NCBI GenBank assembly: GCA_963818575.1
Contig: CAWFSV010000014.1
Coordinates: 35,236-99,235 of the forward strand
DNA from: an uncultured Chloroflexia bacterium
GTDB taxonomy: Bacteria > Chloroflexota > Anaerolineae > Anaerolineales > E44-bin32
Direction of reading: 5' to 3'
Length of the DNA: 64,000 nucleotides
Made by a program: the position numbers and the translations under genes
Part shown: one piece after another, positions 61,949 to 64,000 of the stretch
How the letters are laid out: each line of letters begins with the position of its first letter
Numbering within the stretch: position 1 is the stretch's first letter
Notes under the pieces: model-generated
What the model saw: only the letters and a program-made list of their open reading frames with translations
The model's database searches: none
Told to the model about the DNA's origin: nothing

Positions 61949-62838
61949 CTACAAGAGAACGCAGTCTCCCATCATCGCCTTCTCGACCACCACGCGGTGG
62001 TCGAGTTCGCGCAGGCACTGGTGCACACCGTCCGCCTTGTCAACTTCCCAGAAATCCGCCGCCCGGCGGCCGAATTCCTCCAGGTGGGTCAGCACAATCC
62101 GCTGCGGTTGAAGGTCAAGGCAGAAGCGGCAGAAGGCACGCTTCAGCGGAGGGTCCACCGTCCTGGGCACTTCCGCGCCCAAGCCAGACGTGCGCAAACA
62201 ATCCATCCACCACGCCCAGGCGGGGGAGCCGATGCGAGGCGTACGTGCGCGTGTCCCCGGGGAACAGCCAACGCTTCGAGCCGAATTCCGCAAGCAGTCC
62301 CAGGCTGGGGACCCTGCGACGGCGGGCCAGAGTGCCCCCCTCCCCCGTCCCTTCCAGATCCTCGTCATGCAGGCCGTCGAACGGCGTGATTCGGATCGGA
62401 CCGATGTCGAGCGCTTCCTCGTGCCTGGCGACCTCGACCAGCTGACCGCCTCAGACCCGCCTCGGCGATCAGGCGCGGCCGGAGCGACTCCGGGACGATC
62501 CACAGGATCGGGAGCCGATTCAATCGGCGGACGAGGTCCAGGTCGAGGTGATCGGCATGCCGGTGGGTGAGCACGACAAACGAGAGGTGGGCCAACGAAC
62601 GCTGGATCGGAACAGGCTCCGCTTCGGGAACTCGCCAACGGAGGGTCAGCGGATCGATCGCCCAGCGGACGTTCTGCGTGCGGAGGACGTAATTGGCGGA
62701 GTAGACCAGCCAGGCACAGTCTTCCGCGCTATCCGCTTGCCATTCGTCCGTGAGCCTCTTCCACTGTCCTGGATAGCGGGCGATGGCCTGCCTGCGCAGG
62801 CGCTCAATTCGCGGCGGGTCTTTTTCCGGACGGGTCAT
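61949..62838 (-). CDS. Metallo-beta-lactamase fold hydrolase (frameshifted)
   Basis: WAIDP, LTHRHADHLD (HxHxDH); C-terminal IVLTHLEEFGR in another frame. Confidence 0.7.
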
Positions 62839-63727
62839 ATCCGTAGGTACCCCGCAGCAGTCTCTCGACATCGCCCCGCGTTCCCTGGAAGTGCCCCTGC
62901 GCCTCCATCTTCAGGCTGGTCAAAGCCGCTGCCCATAACGTGGCCGCCGCCGGAGGCTCGGTCAACCGCATGGCGACATAGGACCCCAGGCACGTATCCC
63001 CTCGGCCGCTGCGGCCATTCATGCGCTTCGGGTGGAATGCCGCCTCGTGGTACGCGCCGTGATCGTAGACCACGAGGCCGTCCTTACGCGTCAGGACGAT
63101 CTCTCCGGGGCCCATCCTCGCCAGGTGCCGGCAGGCGGCCTTCACGTCGGTCTCGCCGGTCAGGAACTCGGCCTCGACCGCATCCACTTTGACGATGTCG
63201 AGCGCGGCGAGCACGGCGTCCTTCTCCGGCCACGGTGCGTGTTCAACGCGTGTGCCCACAAGGATGCGGATGAACCCCTGCAGGTCCGCGGCCACCAGCA
63301 TGCCCCGGCGGCGCAGGGACTGGATCACATCCAGACCCACTTCGCCCCGGATCGACGTCCCCAGTACGGCCGCCCGTGCGTCCACGGAGTCCGTTTGCTC
63401 GAGGCCAATCGGCCCGGCGAAGGCCGTCACGTACATGTCGCGGACATCCACATCCTGCGTGGGGTAGTCCAGCTTCACACACGTGGAGTCAGCCGCGTAG
63501 TGGACCAGGACGGTCACGCCGGCCGCTTCCAGGATCTCCACCACGTGCCGGTCGGCGGCGGCCAGTCGGGTGACGGCGGCGACCTTCAGGCCCAGCCTCG
63601 CTCCCGCCGCGGCGGCGTAGTGGGCTCCACCCCCATCGACATGGCTTACACCGGCGGGCGAGACAATGGTGTCCTTGGTGTAGTTGCCGATGTAGACGAC
63701 GTCATAGGTGATGCGGCTTGCGGTCAC
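62804..63727 (-). CDS. PfkB family carbohydrate kinase
   Basis: IGNYTKD, GGGAHY, DLQG, KVDAVEA, GRSGRGDT anion-hole motif. Confidence 0.85.
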   Translation of the reverse strand: MTASRITYDVVYIGNYTKDTIVSPAGVSHVDGGGAHYAAAAGARLGLKVAAVTRLAAADRHVVEILEAAGVTVLVHYAADSTCVKLDYPTQDVDVRDMYVTAFAGPIGLEQTDSVDARAAVLGTSIRGEVGLDVIQSLRRRGMLVAADLQGFIRILVGTRVEHAPWPEKDAVLAALDIVKVDAVEAEFLTGETDVKAACRHLARMGPGEIVLTRKDGLVVYDHGAYHEAAFHPKRMNGRSGRGDTCLGSYVAMRLTEPPAAATLWAAALTSLKMEAQGHFQGTRGDVERLLRGTYGYDPSGKRPAAN

Positions 63728-63777
63728 GGCGGTGTACCTTTCCTTGTCGTCAAGATGGTTCCCGGCACGAGGCGCGG

Positions 63778-64000
63778 CTAGTACGCCTCAACGCAGCCGA
63801 GTCGCACGAGGATCTGCATGCCGGCGACGATTTGATCCGGCGTGGCGTGCGGGCGGATCTCGCATGTCCGCAGCGCACCGGCCGGCAGCCGGGGCGCCAG
63901 ATCGGCGAAATCGACTTCCCCCAGCCCCGGAGCGAGATGGTCCTCAACGCCCTTCACGTCATGCAGGTGAACCTCAACGATCCGATCGGCGAAGCGTTCC
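63778..64000 (-). CDS. Sugar phosphate isomerase/epimerase family (TIM barrel), C-terminal fragment
   Basis: Minus-strand translation RIVEVHLHDVKGVEDHLAPGLGEVDF...TCEI, truncated by the window edge. Confidence 0.75.
   Translation of the reverse strand, partial: ERFADRIVEVHLHDVKGVEDHLAPGLGEVDFADLAPRLPAGALRTCEIRPHATPDQIVAGMQILVRLGCVEAY

Overview
High-GC bacterial chromosomal window, most likely Chloroflexota/Anaerolineae (inferred from F420 genes, an rpmH-rnpA-yidD-PQQ-yidC-jag operon and an L34 with a C-terminal extension). Bases ~270-45600 form an almost entirely minus-strand purine/nucleoside catabolism supercluster. It holds a BMP-type nucleoside ABC transporter, adenine and 8-oxoguanine-type deaminases, three xanthine-dehydrogenase-family molybdoenzymes with selenium-dependent molybdenum hydroxylase accessory genes (yqeB, yqeC-mocA, xdhC), ssnA, a dihydropyrimidinase, two different carbamoyltransferases, carbamate kinase and two fold-type-II PLP enzymes. 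A coenzyme F420 module (npdG, cofE, PPOX, stand-alone nitroreductase, cofD, cofC, LLM reductase) is inserted directly behind ssnA, while ygfK, ygeY and canonical ygeX are not seen in the window. This suggests an undescribed F420-dependent variant of reductive purine (uric acid) degradation; that is an inference, not a demonstration. The rest (~45800-64000) is signalling and housekeeping: a Ser/Thr kinase with TolB-like propeller, an M14 peptidase, an ECF sigma/anti-sigma pair, gyrB, a SAM hydrolase, murA, a parA-like gene, the rpmH-jag operon, an MBL hydrolase and a PfkB kinase. About 17 genes carry small frameshifts, most likely long-read assembly errors. Two CTAG-rich heptamer/inverted-repeat elements flank the ygeW-like gene. 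No rRNA, tRNA, CRISPR array or transposase was recognised.
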